This document shows positions 1 to 9,808 of a stretch of DNA of 61,445 bases, one piece after another. Position 1 is the first letter of the stretch. Each line of letters starts with the position of its first letter. The stretch comes from an uncultured Candidatus Saccharibacteria bacterium (GTDB taxonomy: Bacteria; Patescibacteriota; Minisyncoccia; Phycocordibacterales; SW-6-46-9). Made by a program: the position numbers and the translations under genes. Where the stretch lies: positions 1 to 61,445 of the forward strand of contig CAYVKO010000002.1 of NCBI GenBank assembly GCA_964452185.1, read 5' to 3'. The notes under the pieces are model-generated. The model ran no database searches. It had not been told where the DNA came from and saw nothing but the letters and a program-made list of their open reading frames with translations.

Positions 1-2202
1 TTATCCGATCCTGCAAAGACAAAAAATAATCACAAAAGTTATCAAGCGGCTTGGGATGTTTTATCGTATCCAGCCGCCGAGACCTTACTGCGGTCTAAAG
101 ATGTAGGCGGCTTAGCTGCCGGGTTTTCTGTAAGTAGATTCGGACAACATACGTTTTTGCGCTGCGGGATTCAGCTAAACAAGGTTAAGGAATTTGTGCA
201 AAATCGAGAAGGCCCAACCTTGGAAACCTGTGTCCAGCATGTTGAAGAGGGGGCGGTAGATATTAAATCTCTGGCTCGGGCTTTGCATGAAGGAGACGAG
301 GGGATAGCAGATTTCCTATTTGATAACGGGATAAGTAAAGATCAATTTTTGGCGGCGGCTCGGTGGGTTATGCATCGGGACAGTCGTTGGCGTTATCAGA
401 CTCGTGTGTGGTCTAAGGATCACTTAAATAACGTTTCTGCAATCGGTCGTGACTTTAGCTACGGTAAGGCTTATACGCTAGAGGAGTTTTCTAAATCAAC
501 TCAAGACAAATCTGTATTCTTAGGCGTCAATAGCGTTGATCAGGCCTTTTCGGAGGATGTTTCTCAGGTATTTAATATATTATCTCGACCACGAGATGGA
601 AATGTGCTTTTGGTAGGAGACGCTTCCGGCGGTGTCAATGACATTATTAATCAAGTACGAATGCGTCTTGAAAGTGGCGATGTTCCTGAGGAGGTTGAAA
701 ACTACCATGTAAACGTACTTGATACGCAGGCACTTATCACAGCCACAGAGGACAAGGCCCGCCTTGATCGGTTGTTGAAGAAAATATTAATGGAATCAAC
801 GCAAGCCGGAAATGTACTTCTGGTAATTGAAAATATTTCCAAATTCTCCAGTCAAGCTAACAATATAGGAGTGGACATCTTCGGGATACTTGATACATTT
901 TTGCGGCACCCCGACCTGCCGATTATTGCTACGGTCACACAAGCGGAGTATCATCAGTCACTAGAAGGAACCGGAGTAATGTCTCATTTTGGAGCTGTTC
1001 CGGTCCGTGAAGTTGAAAGTGGTACTTTGATGCGTCTTCTAGAAGAGGTGGCTGAATCGAACGAGGGCAGTGCTGTGTGCACGGTTTCCGGACTGCAGGC
1101 GGTGGCTCGCGGCGGTCGAGAATTGATTACCGATGACGAAATGCCCGAAGCTGCAGTGAATCTTCTGCTTGAGATACTGACGCAGAAAGAAACGGGCTTT
1201 GTTGATAAAGAGTACGTTAACACGTACCTGTCAGAAAAAACCGGAGTTCCTACCGGTGCTGTGCAGGAAGAAGAGCGGTCTAAACTAACGAATCTTGCAG
1301 ATCGAATGAGTGAACGGATTGTTGGTCAAGAGGCGGCTGTGGAAGCTGTATCACAAGCACTGAAACGAAATCGCTCCGGAGTTGAAAACCAAAACCGCCC
1401 TATCGGCACCTTTCTTTTTCTTGGTCCAACCGGTGTGGGGAAAACAGAGACGGCGAAGACGCTAGCTCGAACTTATTTTGAGGGTGAATCTTCCATGCAG
1501 CGTTTGGATATGTCTGAGTACAGTCAACCAAAATCCGTTGATACACTGCGTGGCCGGTCCGGAGAGAGTGGGCGGTTTGCAAATATGATGCGCGAAAACC
1601 CATACGGAGTTCTTCTTCTGGACGAATTTGAAAAAGCACACTCTCGAGTACACGATTTGTTCTTGCAGATTCTTGATGAAGGATACTTTACTGATGGTCG
1701 AGGTCGGCGAGTTAATTTGGAGAATAGTATTATCATTGCGACCTCCAACGCAGGGTCAGACGAAATCTTCTCTTTGGTGGAAGATGGTGCAGATTTAGAG
1801 AAGGAAAAGGATAATATTATTCGAGATCTGATTGATTCGGGTATATTTCGACCAGAACTTATAAATCGATTTGATGCCACGGTAGTGTATCATCCATTAT
1901 CCAGGCCGCAGTTGGAAAAGGTTACCAGACTGCTTTTGGCTGAGCTGCGTGGTCGAGTAAAAAGGCGTGGATACAAGTTGGAAATCAATGAAGATCTTCC
2001 TTCTTACATTGTCGAGCAAGGATACGATCCTCAGTTTGGTGCTCGAGCTATTCAGCGGGTGATTCAAAACACAGTTGAAAATGCAATTGCTGAGAAGATC
2101 ATTAATGCAGGTCTTCAAGCTGGTGATACGATTACTATTTCAGCTGACGATCTTCAGTCATCCGAGAACTCTAAAGATGTGTCGATGCAAGATATAGAGT
2201 AG
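1..2202 (+). CDS. Clp/Hsp100-family AAA+ chaperone ATPase (ClpC/ClpB-like), 5'-truncated by the window edge
   Basis: Frame 1 is open from nt 1, with no stop before the listed TTG at 157, so the CDS runs off the left edge. The C-terminal module has canonical NBD2 motifs: Walker A GPTGVGKTE, Walker B LLLDEFEKAH, IIIATSN and RPELINRFD. The N-proximal AAA-like module has a degenerate Walker A (VGDASGGVND) and Walker B (LLVIENISKF). Confidence 0.85.
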   Translation, partial: LSDPAKTKNNHKSYQAAWDVLSYPAAETLLRSKDVGGLAAGFSVSRFGQHTFLRCGIQLNKVKEFVQNREGPTLETCVQHVEEGAVDIKSLARALHEGDEGIADFLFDNGISKDQFLAAARWVMHRDSRWRYQTRVWSKDHLNNVSAIGRDFSYGKAYTLEEFSKSTQDKSVFLGVNSVDQAFSEDVSQVFNILSRPRDGNVLLVGDASGGVNDIINQVRMRLESGDVPEEVENYHVNVLDTQALITATEDKARLDRLLKKILMESTQAGNVLLVIENISKFSSQANNIGVDIFGILDTFLRHPDLPIIATVTQAEYHQSLEGTGVMSHFGAVPVREVESGTLMRLLEEVAESNEGSAVCTVSGLQAVARGGRELITDDEMPEAAVNLLLEILTQKETGFVDKEYVNTYLSEKTGVPTGAVQEEERSKLTNLADRMSERIVGQEAAVEAVSQALKRNRSGVENQNRPIGTFLFLGPTGVGKTETAKTLARTYFEGESSMQRLDMSEYSQPKSVDTLRGRSGESGRFANMMRENPYGVLLLDEFEKAHSRVHDLFLQILDEGYFTDGRGRRVNLENSIIIATSNAGSDEIFSLVEDGADLEKEKDNIIRDLIDSGIFRPELINRFDATVVYHPLSRPQLEKVTRLLLAELRGRVKRRGYKLEINEDLPSYIVEQGYDPQFGARAIQRVIQNTVENAIAEKIINAGLQAGDTITISADDLQSSENSKDVSMQDIE

Positions 2203-2430
2203 AATATCTTGTTGCATCACTAGCGGTATGGTTTATGGTGTATGTGTTTCAGCCAGAAACCATTTTAGGCATAAAAGTTTGCAAACAACCTTATTTAGCT
2301 TTCTTTTGTGGCTAATACTGAAGCTTATAGAGTGGTTTACTTAGCTATAATTAAGGTATAGGTTTTCATTTTAAGTGCAAAAAGAGAGAACCCCCGTGTA
2401 AGGAAATATAAAGTATTTCGTCTACATTTA

Positions 2431-2943
2431 ATGAGTGACCCAGATAAGCAAGAATTTTTAGCTGTATATGACAAGCACGCCGATGCGGTGTACCGGCGCT
2501 GCTTGTTTAAGACTTCTGACCACGAGACGGCTCGCGATTTGACACAAGAAGCTTTCACTCGCACTTGGGATTATCTGGCTCGCGGCAAAGATGTTCGCCA
2601 CATAAAAGGATTTGTTTTTACGGTAGCTAATAACTTAATAAAAGATCATTATAAGAAGAAAAAAGCAGTGCAGATGGGAGATTTGGGTGAGTTTGACCCG
2701 CAACGGATTGTAGACCAACTTGAGAATATTGAGGCGAAAGCGGAGGTTGAGCAAGTTTTGCGGGCGCTTAAGACACTGAAGGAGGAGGATAGGGATGTCC
2801 TGACTCTTAATATGGTTGAAGGGTTTGGACCCAAAGAAATAGCAGAAATCAAGGATGAACGTGAAAACACAATTTCTGTTCGACTTCACCGTGCGCGTAA
2901 ACGTTTGCGAAAAGTGCTTAAATTAGATGAGGATGAGGAGTGA
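2431..2943 (+). CDS. RNA polymerase sigma factor, sigma-70 family group 4 (ECF-type)
   Basis: 170 aa. It has a region-2-like segment (ARDLTQEAFTRTWDYL, FVFTVANNLIKDHYKK) and a region-4 HTH (GPKEIAEIKDERENTISVRLHRARKRLRKVL). Confidence 0.85.
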   Translation: MSDPDKQEFLAVYDKHADAVYRRCLFKTSDHETARDLTQEAFTRTWDYLARGKDVRHIKGFVFTVANNLIKDHYKKKKAVQMGDLGEFDPQRIVDQLENIEAKAEVEQVLRALKTLKEEDRDVLTLNMVEGFGPKEIAEIKDERENTISVRLHRARKRLRKVLKLDEDEE

Positions 2944-2961
2944 TATATAAAAACGACATAT

Positions 2962-4371
2962 ATGAACAAAAAACCTCTTAAAAAATACATAAAAAATATC
3001 GACAAAATAGGTCTTGAGGAATCAGACCGGTCTGATTTGCGTACATCAATTCAAGAACATATTGAAAACACCAACACACCCACTAATACGTTATGGGTGG
3101 GTGAATGGCAAGTTTTTCGTCGTTTGCGACGATCGGCTCTCGTCACGGCAATGCTTCTGTTTACGCTGGGAGGAGTATCGCTTGCTGCAGAAGGGTCGCT
3201 TCCAGGAGATTTCTTATACCCAATTAAGACAAATGTTAACGAGGAGTTTATGCAATTGGCTTCTATATCACCAGGTTCTGAGGCTGAAACTGAGTCAGAA
3301 TTAACAGCTCGGCGTATTAAAGAACTTCAAGCACTGGCCGATCGAGGAAACTTAAACGAAAATATCTCTGGCGATTTGGCGGCTGAGATCAACCAACATA
3401 TTACCTCAGCCCGGAATAATATCGAGGATATTTCAGTAGAGGCAGATAGTGAAGCTGGTTCTCTAAAAGACAAACTTTCTTCCACATTGGGAGAGCAGGA
3501 AGAAGTGCTAAATAATCTCACCAAAAAAGACAGTATTGATATAAGCGAGTCAGAAGTAACTGCTATAGCCAACACTATAGAAGACATACAAGCTGCTGCA
3601 GAAAAGCAAACTCAGCAAGATTTCTCTGAAGTAACGGATAGCGACCTTTCTCCAGAGGTAAGTGTACGATCTCGTGGGTCGGTTGACGCTACTACATCAA
3701 CCAAAGACCAAGAGTTATCAGTACAGTCAGCTCAGGAATTACTAGCTTTGGTTGGAGATAGAGTTGAGGAGGCTAATAATCAACTTAATGCGGCAAGCTC
3801 CACTTTGGCTGACCAACCTGAAGGACAAGATCTCAAGGAGTTGCTGCAAAGATCATCAGGTCAAGTTGATGCGGCAACACAGGCTCTTGAAAACAAAAAC
3901 TATACAGCAGCAGGTTCGCATATTCGAGATGGGTTGAAGAAGGCTTATGTTGTGTTAGAGATACTTAACTTGCGTGAGTCTACGGAAGTGCCGATAGAAG
4001 TGATAACTAGAGAGTTCCTCACTGAACCAAAAAATACAGCTAGTTCTTCTGCAGAAACAAACAGCACTAGCACAACAACGAACGAAAATAATGTAGAAGG
4101 TGTTTCTACTTCAACCGCTACAGATACACCTGCCGGTACGTCTAGTGCGGAAGTTCAATCCGGAGCCACCAGCAGTACGAGTACAGGGTCAGAAAATCAG
4201 CCGCTTTCACGTCGCTCTTCTTCCACAAAAGATATAGATATACATAATGAAAGTATCGAGTCGACACTCGAAAATGTCGAATCTGCCTTGGAGTTGCCGG
4301 ACCGTCGTAATGAAGACGGTGATTTACTACCTTCAGGAGTGCCAGTTGACGGTGTTCGTGAACGAGAGTAA
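2962..4371 (+). CDS. putative anti-sigma / membrane-anchored protein (DUF5667-like) downstream of the ECF sigma
   Basis: It starts 19 nt after the sigma stop. One TM helix lies at about residues 58-76 (ALVTAMLLFTLGGVSLAA), followed by an LPGDFLYPIK motif, a long helical region and a Ser/Thr-rich tail. The role is inferred from position only. Confidence 0.45.
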   Translation: MNKKPLKKYIKNIDKIGLEESDRSDLRTSIQEHIENTNTPTNTLWVGEWQVFRRLRRSALVTAMLLFTLGGVSLAAEGSLPGDFLYPIKTNVNEEFMQLASISPGSEAETESELTARRIKELQALADRGNLNENISGDLAAEINQHITSARNNIEDISVEADSEAGSLKDKLSSTLGEQEEVLNNLTKKDSIDISESEVTAIANTIEDIQAAAEKQTQQDFSEVTDSDLSPEVSVRSRGSVDATTSTKDQELSVQSAQELLALVGDRVEEANNQLNAASSTLADQPEGQDLKELLQRSSGQVDAATQALENKNYTAAGSHIRDGLKKAYVVLEILNLRESTEVPIEVITREFLTEPKNTASSSAETNSTSTTTNENNVEGVSTSTATDTPAGTSSAEVQSGATSSTSTGSENQPLSRRSSSTKDIDIHNESIESTLENVESALELPDRRNEDGDLLPSGVPVDGVRERE

Positions 4372-4474
4372 ATAACTGTAATAAAAACCACCTCCACTCG
4401 TCTCCATAAGTGTACCGTGATGGTACATCAGATCTGCTGTAGCATACGCTACAGATGTAATTATCCTTCCAGAA

Positions 4475-4512
4475 AACCCGGTCCTTTCAAAATTGAAAGG
4501 GCGGGGTTTCGC
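4475..4512 (+). terminator. candidate rho-independent terminator after the anti-sigma-like gene
   Basis: Hairpin CCTTTC-aaaatt-GAAAGG is extended by outer CCC/GGG pairs and followed by GTTTCGCTT, which is a weak T tract. Confidence 0.45.
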
Positions 4513-4517
4513 TTATG

Positions 4518-4523
4518 TATAAT
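4518..4523 (+). promoter_or_regulatory. candidate -10 box (TATAAT) for the pilin gene
   Basis: An exact TATAAT lies 62 nt upstream of the ATG at 4585. The only -35 candidate is weak (TTGAAA at 4493-4498 with a 19-nt spacer). Confidence 0.3.
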
Positions 4524-4584
4524 GAAGCTTAGTGAGATATTACTTGATATTTAATAACAGTAGTGAGGTTGGCTTAAAAAATAT

Positions 4585-5079
4585 ATGACTTCACAAAACG
4601 GTTTCACTCTTCTTGAGCTGTTGATCGTGATTGCTATTATCGGCTTGCTATCCTCGGTAGTTTTATCATCTATGTCGGGAACACGAGACCAAGCTTACTT
4701 AGCAAGAGCACAATCCGAAGCTGAGTCTTTTCATTCAGCGGTACTTTTGTACAGACAGGATAATAATGAGTATCCACCTGACGAGGATCGTAGTATTCCT
4801 TCAGAGATGGAGTCGTATCTTGGTAATGAAGCTTGGCCGGACGGACCATGGCCAGGATCGGTCTATGATTGGGATAATTGGGAAATTGATGGTGAGCGAG
4901 TAATGCAGTTATCTATACGATTTTGTGAATATGACAATCCTAGTTCCTGTCAGTTTCCTGACGCTGACTGGGCGGAAGACTTTAAAGTTAACAGTGCGGT
5001 CTACTACTGTATAGAAGGTGAGTGTCGCCCTCACGAAGAAGAGCCGGCTGACTATCCTGGGTACTGTCTTAATTGTTAA
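4585..5079 (+). CDS. type IV pilin / pseudopilin with prepilin-type N-terminal cleavage-methylation signal
   Basis: Short leader MTSQNG followed by FTLLELLIVIAIIGLLSSVVL (G-1, F+1, E+5), which is a class III signal peptide. The C-terminal globular part has 7 Cys. Confidence 0.8.
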   Translation: MTSQNGFTLLELLIVIAIIGLLSSVVLSSMSGTRDQAYLARAQSEAESFHSAVLLYRQDNNEYPPDEDRSIPSEMESYLGNEAWPDGPWPGSVYDWDNWEIDGERVMQLSIRFCEYDNPSSCQFPDADWAEDFKVNSAVYYCIEGECRPHEEEPADYPGYCLNC

Positions 5080-5108
5080 AAGTTTGATTTGTAATTTTAA
5101 TTTATAAT

Positions 5109-5984
5109 ATGCCGGAACTTCCGGAAGTAGAGGTGGTTCGCCAACAGTTAGAAAAGAAGATTGTCAACAAGACGATAGAGGATATTGACGTGCGAGACTG
5201 GAAGTCGGTGAAGAATGATCGCTATTTCATAACAGCTCTTACTGGCAGTAAGTTTAAGGGTATAGACAGAAAGGGAAAGTACTTATTTTTTCGATTGACC
5301 CAAGAAGAAGACAACCAAGAATTGTTTATTATTTGCCATCTTAAGATGACCGGTCGGCTTATCTTTCAAACTCCGGCTGGTCGACGTGAGTACGGCGGTG
5401 GGCATGCACTTAATCGCCCGACACCTGATCAGCCACACAAGCACACTCGTGTTATTTTTACATTCAAAGATGGATCGCATCTTTATTTTAATGACATGCG
5501 GAAGTTTGGATATCTCAAGCGTTCCACTGTCAAAGAGGTAAAAGAGCAAAAAGAAAAACTCGGGCGTGAACCTATAGGAGAAAATTACGATCGAGAGTGG
5601 TTTGCTGATGTGTTTGCTGGTCGCCAGACAAGCGTTAAGGCGGTGCTTTTGGGGCAAAAGGATATTGCTGGATTAGGAAACATATACGTTGATGAAGCTT
5701 TGTGGCGATCAAGTATTCGGCCTGACAGAACTGCCGATAGTTTATCTTCTAAAGAACTAGACCGACTTTTTGTGGCTACCCGAGAAGTGCTTGAAGACTC
5801 GCTTGAGCTTGGAGGGACTACGTTTCGAGATTTTGCTGACACAGGTGGCGAAAAGGGAAATTTTACAGACAAGTTGGCTGTTTTTGGGCGGGAGGGAGAA
5901 AAGTGTGAGCAGTGTGGTGCGTCCATAAAAAAGATTCGTTGTGCAGGAAGAGGTACACATTTTTGCCCGGACTGTCAGGTTTAA
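5109..5984 (+). CDS. mutM: formamidopyrimidine-DNA glycosylase (Fpg/MutM)
   Basis: The N-terminus MPELPEVEVVRQQL carries the catalytic Pro2/Glu3. An H2TH region (GLGNIYVDEALW) is present. The C-terminal zinc finger reads CEQCGASIKKIRCAGRGTHFCPDCQ. Confidence 0.92.
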   Translation: MPELPEVEVVRQQLEKKIVNKTIEDIDVRDWKSVKNDRYFITALTGSKFKGIDRKGKYLFFRLTQEEDNQELFIICHLKMTGRLIFQTPAGRREYGGGHALNRPTPDQPHKHTRVIFTFKDGSHLYFNDMRKFGYLKRSTVKEVKEQKEKLGREPIGENYDREWFADVFAGRQTSVKAVLLGQKDIAGLGNIYVDEALWRSSIRPDRTADSLSSKELDRLFVATREVLEDSLELGGTTFRDFADTGGEKGNFTDKLAVFGREGEKCEQCGASIKKIRCAGRGTHFCPDCQV

Positions 5985-6089
5985 TCACTATATTCTCGAA
6001 AAATATTAAATGAGTTGCTACTATGTATTAGCAGTATCTTTTGGCTGAATAGATAACAAAACCAAGGGCTTTTATTTGCTATTTTTCAC

Positions 6090-6731
6090 ATGGTATTTGA
6101 CTTAGTATTAGACTCTTCAGTTTCATCGTTGCTTTCTACGTACGGATATATTGCCATGGTCGTGCTTATGATGATTGAAGGTCCTGCTACAGCCTTTGCT
6201 TCTGGAGTGTTGTCGGCTGCTGGTTTTTTTAATCCGTTGGCTGTAATTATTGTGTTCATTTCAGTAAGGATTGTTACCGACACGTTGTTTTATCAAGCGG
6301 GTCGAAGCGGGTCTAAGCTTGTATACCGGCTGCCTTACTTGCGCTCGTATGCACAGCTTTTGGAGACTTCAGAATACAAGCAAGCCAGTACTCAGTTTTT
6401 TCACAATCACTTTATGTTGTTGTTTACGGCTGCCAAACTTCTCCCCATACCGAACTTGGCTACTGCTACTTCAGTTGCGGCGGGGGCGTTTGAAGTAAAT
6501 CGGATAAAATTTTATGTAACACTTATACTGGCACAGACAATCTTGAGCAATTTACTTGTTTGGGCAGGTTTGTATATCGGAAGCGCAAGTTATACAATTC
6601 CTGGCGGGATATTCTTGTATGTCCTCATTCCATTCTTGATAGTTTGTCTTATGTATATACTCAGACCATACATTTTGCGTTATCTTAAAAGTCACTCGAA
6701 GCTTTCAAGGTTGACTGAGGATATCTTGTAG
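6090..6731 (+). CDS. DedA/SNARE-associated family membrane protein (paralog 1)
   Basis: Multi-TM protein with the N-terminal motif YGYIAMVVLMMIEGPATAFASGVL. It is a clear paralog of the ORF at 24637-25290. Confidence 0.55.
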   Translation: MVFDLVLDSSVSSLLSTYGYIAMVVLMMIEGPATAFASGVLSAAGFFNPLAVIIVFISVRIVTDTLFYQAGRSGSKLVYRLPYLRSYAQLLETSEYKQASTQFFHNHFMLLFTAAKLLPIPNLATATSVAAGAFEVNRIKFYVTLILAQTILSNLLVWAGLYIGSASYTIPGGIFLYVLIPFLIVCLMYILRPYILRYLKSHSKLSRLTEDIL

Positions 6732-6809
6732 GCATAATATTTGCTATACTGACTAGTACACATTTCTTAGATTTATTTATTGTTAGAAACTAACTAAATT
6801 AAAGTACAT

Positions 6810-7331
6810 ATGAGTAAGAAAGGTTATATCGTTACCATTGTTATAGTTACGGCGGTAGGATTGATGATATACGGCTCTCAAAGTTCTCAAACGCAAGCAG
6901 AAACGTTTGCTGATACTGAAGTGCCGTGTCTTTCCGGTGGTCACCAACAGGCTATTAACCACATCCATGCCAACTTAACGGTTTTGGTTGATGGTCAAGA
7001 ACAGTCTATTCCAGCCAGGGCGGGTATTAATACGCAGTGTATGGCTGAAGTGCATACGCATGACCAGACGGGTGAAATTCACATAGAAACAGCCAGTACT
7101 GAAATTAACCGGACTCTAGAAGACTTCTTTACTGTGTGGGGTGAATCGTTTGATCGTGAAAATGCAGAGCGTACTGTTGAGGTAAACGGAGAGACCGTAG
7201 ATGGTTCAGAGTACGTATTTTCTGACGGTGACAATATAGTAGTGCGGTACACAACCGAAGACTCAGAAGCTACATCAACTCCGTCAGAATCTACCTCCAC
7301 AGAGAGCACTTCCACTGCAACTTCTTCTTAA
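6810..7331 (+). CDS. membrane-anchored extracytoplasmic protein of unknown function (His-rich HxH...HTHD motif)
   Basis: N-terminal TM helix (IVTIVIVTAVGLMIY). The motif INHIHANLTVLVDGQEQSIPA...CMAEVHTHDQTGEIHIE suggests a metal-binding fold. The tail is Ser/Thr-rich. Confidence 0.5.
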   Translation: MSKKGYIVTIVIVTAVGLMIYGSQSSQTQAETFADTEVPCLSGGHQQAINHIHANLTVLVDGQEQSIPARAGINTQCMAEVHTHDQTGEIHIETASTEINRTLEDFFTVWGESFDRENAERTVEVNGETVDGSEYVFSDGDNIVVRYTTEDSEATSTPSESTSTESTSTATSS

Positions 7332-7412
7332 GTCAAAAGACCTTGATTCCACTCTTTTTGCTCAGGAGTGAAGGTCATGAGACAGAAAGTGGGTGTAATC
7401 AAACAGCGGGCT

Positions 7413-7439
7413 GACTCTTCTTCATCTAACAGAAGAGTC
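7413..7439 (+). terminator. candidate terminator hairpin
   Basis: A perfect 9-bp stem GACTCTTCT/AGAAGAGTC with a 9-nt loop lies about 80 nt after the stop at 7331. There is no strong T tract. Confidence 0.35.
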
Positions 7440-7467
7440 TGACTTATCATTAACCCATGATTACTAT

Positions 7468-8523
7468 ATGAATTATTTTCAGTATGGTACAGGAATACTC
7501 CTAGCCTTGACAGTTATCTTAATACCTCTAAGCACTGAGGCGGTGGGGATTTTGGAGCCTCGAAGTGAAGACGATAGAGACGAAGAGGTTGAAGAAGAGC
7601 GTGAGCGAGATGACACAGATTACGATATTCGCGAGATGGTAGAGGATGAGTTTGGTGAAGATCATCCCATGGTAGAAGTTGCGCGATGTGAATCAAGTTT
7701 TCGTCAGTTTGATTCGGATGGTGATGTACTTGAAAATCCCGAGTCAAGTGCGATTGGAGTATTTCAAATCTTAGAAAACCTTCACGAAGAACCAGCAGAA
7801 GATCTTGGGTTGGATATCTTTACACCGGAAGGAAACATTGAGTATGCAAGAGAGTTATATGATTCTCTTGGCTTACAACCGTGGTCACCGTCATCACTTT
7901 GTTGGGATGATGGAAACTTAGATGCTACCACGCCAGATACGCAAGAAAGTGAAAGTACTCGTATTCCAGTTCGGGTGCGAGAAGATGGAGAATTAGTAAG
8001 AGATACACGAACTAGTACGGACAATGACCAAACTGTAGAAGATCCAGTAATTACCAAAAAATTAGTAGGAGGGGTGAGGGATCCGGAGGTGGTAGAACTG
8101 CAGAGATTGCTAAACGATCTAGGGTATAGCCTGTCTAATAACGGCCCTGGATCTTCGGGTAATGAGACTAACTTTTTTGGGGCTAAAACACGTCAAGCAC
8201 TGCAAGATTTCCAGTGTGATAAAAACATAGTATGCGAAGGTCGGGCTTACTCAACCGGGTATGGATTAGTTAATGAGGAAACTCGCCAGGAACTTAATCA
8301 GGCGGCTGAAGACATAGGATACAGACAAGGTGTCGACAGAGTAGGGGATGTATTAGTTCGAACAGGTGAATCAAACAATACTGAAGAGGGTGATGAGAGT
8401 ACACAAGAAGAGGTTGAAAGTGACGAAGATAGCAGTAACAGCGAAGAAGACTTAAGCGACCTTGCTAGCCAAATAGCAGAAGCTGCTGCTTTGATATCTG
8501 ATCTGCAGTCTAAATTACGGTAA
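7468..8523 (+). CDS. secreted lysozyme-like (transglycosylase-like) protein with peptidoglycan-binding domain
   Basis: Signal peptide, then VARCESSFRQFDSDGDVLENPESSAIGVFQI (lysozyme-like/SLT-type Glu context). The PG_binding_1-like repeat reads VVELQRLLNDLGYSL...FFGAKTRQALQDFQ. Both termini are acidic. Confidence 0.6.
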   Translation: MNYFQYGTGILLALTVILIPLSTEAVGILEPRSEDDRDEEVEEERERDDTDYDIREMVEDEFGEDHPMVEVARCESSFRQFDSDGDVLENPESSAIGVFQILENLHEEPAEDLGLDIFTPEGNIEYARELYDSLGLQPWSPSSLCWDDGNLDATTPDTQESESTRIPVRVREDGELVRDTRTSTDNDQTVEDPVITKKLVGGVRDPEVVELQRLLNDLGYSLSNNGPGSSGNETNFFGAKTRQALQDFQCDKNIVCEGRAYSTGYGLVNEETRQELNQAAEDIGYRQGVDRVGDVLVRTGESNNTEEGDESTQEEVESDEDSSNSEEDLSDLASQIAEAAALISDLQSKLR

Positions 8524-8571
8524 CTTTTAACTTCAGTTCAGGTATAACTACTGAGTGATACAATAAAGACC

Positions 8572-9771
8572 ATGAAAAAGCTGCTTATAACAGTTGGGGT
8601 GGTTGCCGTGCTAACAGCTGGTGTGTTTGCGCTTGTTGATGTGCGCCCGCTACTTTTTTCTCCTACAGAGGAAACAGAAAGGATTGCAACCTCTACCAGT
8701 CAAGAGGCTGAAAAATCTCTGAAAGTAGTTGCTGAAAACCTTTCTGTGCCATGGGGAATAGACTTCTTGCCGAGCGGCAACTTATTGGTGACGGAACGAA
8801 CCGGTAATTTACTGGAAATGACACGAGACGGAGAAAGGTTAGCCAGCTCGACCATTGATTCGGTGGAGCCAACTGGTGAAGGTGGGTTGCTGGGAATAGC
8901 TGTTCATCCGGATTTTTCTGATAATCAATGGGTATACATATACGAAACTTATGAAAGCCAAGAAGGTACCCACAATCGCGTTGTGCGGTACAACTATCAG
9001 CCGGGCGGTACTCTGCAGAACCAAACTATAATTGTTGATGGTATTCCGGGTGCTAGCTACCACGACGGTGGGCGCATTGCCTTTGCTCCTGATGGTCAGT
9101 TGTTTGTTACTACCGGTGATGCTGGAAATCCGCAGTCAGCACAGGCAACGAGTACGCTGACCGGGAAAATACTGCGGCTTCAAGATGATGGGACCGTGCC
9201 GGAAGGTAATCCGTATAGCAATGCGACTTATTCTTACGGGCATCGTAATCCGCAAGGGTTGGCGTGGGATAACTCCGATCGATTGTGGTCAACAGAACAT
9301 GGACGGTCCGGTCGGCGAAGCGGACTTGATGAAGTGAACCTTATAGAATCTGGCAGTAACTATGGTTGGCCGTACCTTGAAGGTGATGAGACGTGTAGTA
9401 ATGACGATATGTATGCACCATCACTTCCGGCAGAAATGTCAGCTGAAGAATGTGACGCTTTGCCGCCGATGACGCATTCTGGTCCAGACATTACATGGGC
9501 TCCGGCCAGTCTTGAGATTCATAACCAAACGCTTTTCTTTGGCGGTCTTCGAGGCCAGGCTATATATACCGCACCAATACAAAGTGGCGGTACAGAAGTG
9601 CAGGTCGGTGAAGTAACGGCACATTTCAAGGAGGAGTTTGGTCGAATACGTACCGTCACACTCGGCCCCGATAATGGTTTCTTGTATGTAACTACATCAA
9701 ATACTGATGGTCGCGGTAACCCAGTATCGAATGATGACAGGATACTCCGCGTTCCTTTGTCAGTTTTCTAA
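8572..9771 (+). CDS. PQQ-dependent (soluble glucose/sorbosone-type) sugar dehydrogenase, secreted
   Basis: Motifs PWGIDFLPSGNLLVTERTG, GLLGIAVHPDF, HDGGRIAFAPDGQLFVTTGD, YSYGHRNPQGLAWD and DEVNLIESGSNYGWP. An N-terminal signal/anchor is present. Confidence 0.85.
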   Translation: MKKLLITVGVVAVLTAGVFALVDVRPLLFSPTEETERIATSTSQEAEKSLKVVAENLSVPWGIDFLPSGNLLVTERTGNLLEMTRDGERLASSTIDSVEPTGEGGLLGIAVHPDFSDNQWVYIYETYESQEGTHNRVVRYNYQPGGTLQNQTIIVDGIPGASYHDGGRIAFAPDGQLFVTTGDAGNPQSAQATSTLTGKILRLQDDGTVPEGNPYSNATYSYGHRNPQGLAWDNSDRLWSTEHGRSGRRSGLDEVNLIESGSNYGWPYLEGDETCSNDDMYAPSLPAEMSAEECDALPPMTHSGPDITWAPASLEIHNQTLFFGGLRGQAIYTAPIQSGGTEVQVGEVTAHFKEEFGRIRTVTLGPDNGFLYVTTSNTDGRGNPVSNDDRILRVPLSVF

Positions 9772-9808
9772 TAAATGTACAGTCATTAATTTGAGTAATT
9801 GACATTTA

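Noticed and set aside
2941-2943. I considered an alternative genetic code (UGA recoding, as in some candidate phyla).
   Set aside because: TGA terminates well-supported ORFs at the expected protein ends, for example the sigma factor at 2941-2943 and the matrixin at 22285-22287. No conserved protein requires read-through.
7332-7467. I considered a c-di-AMP (ydaO-type) riboswitch upstream of the secreted wall hydrolase gene.
   Set aside because: None of the conserved ydaO core segments that I remember could be found. Only a simple 9-bp hairpin is present.
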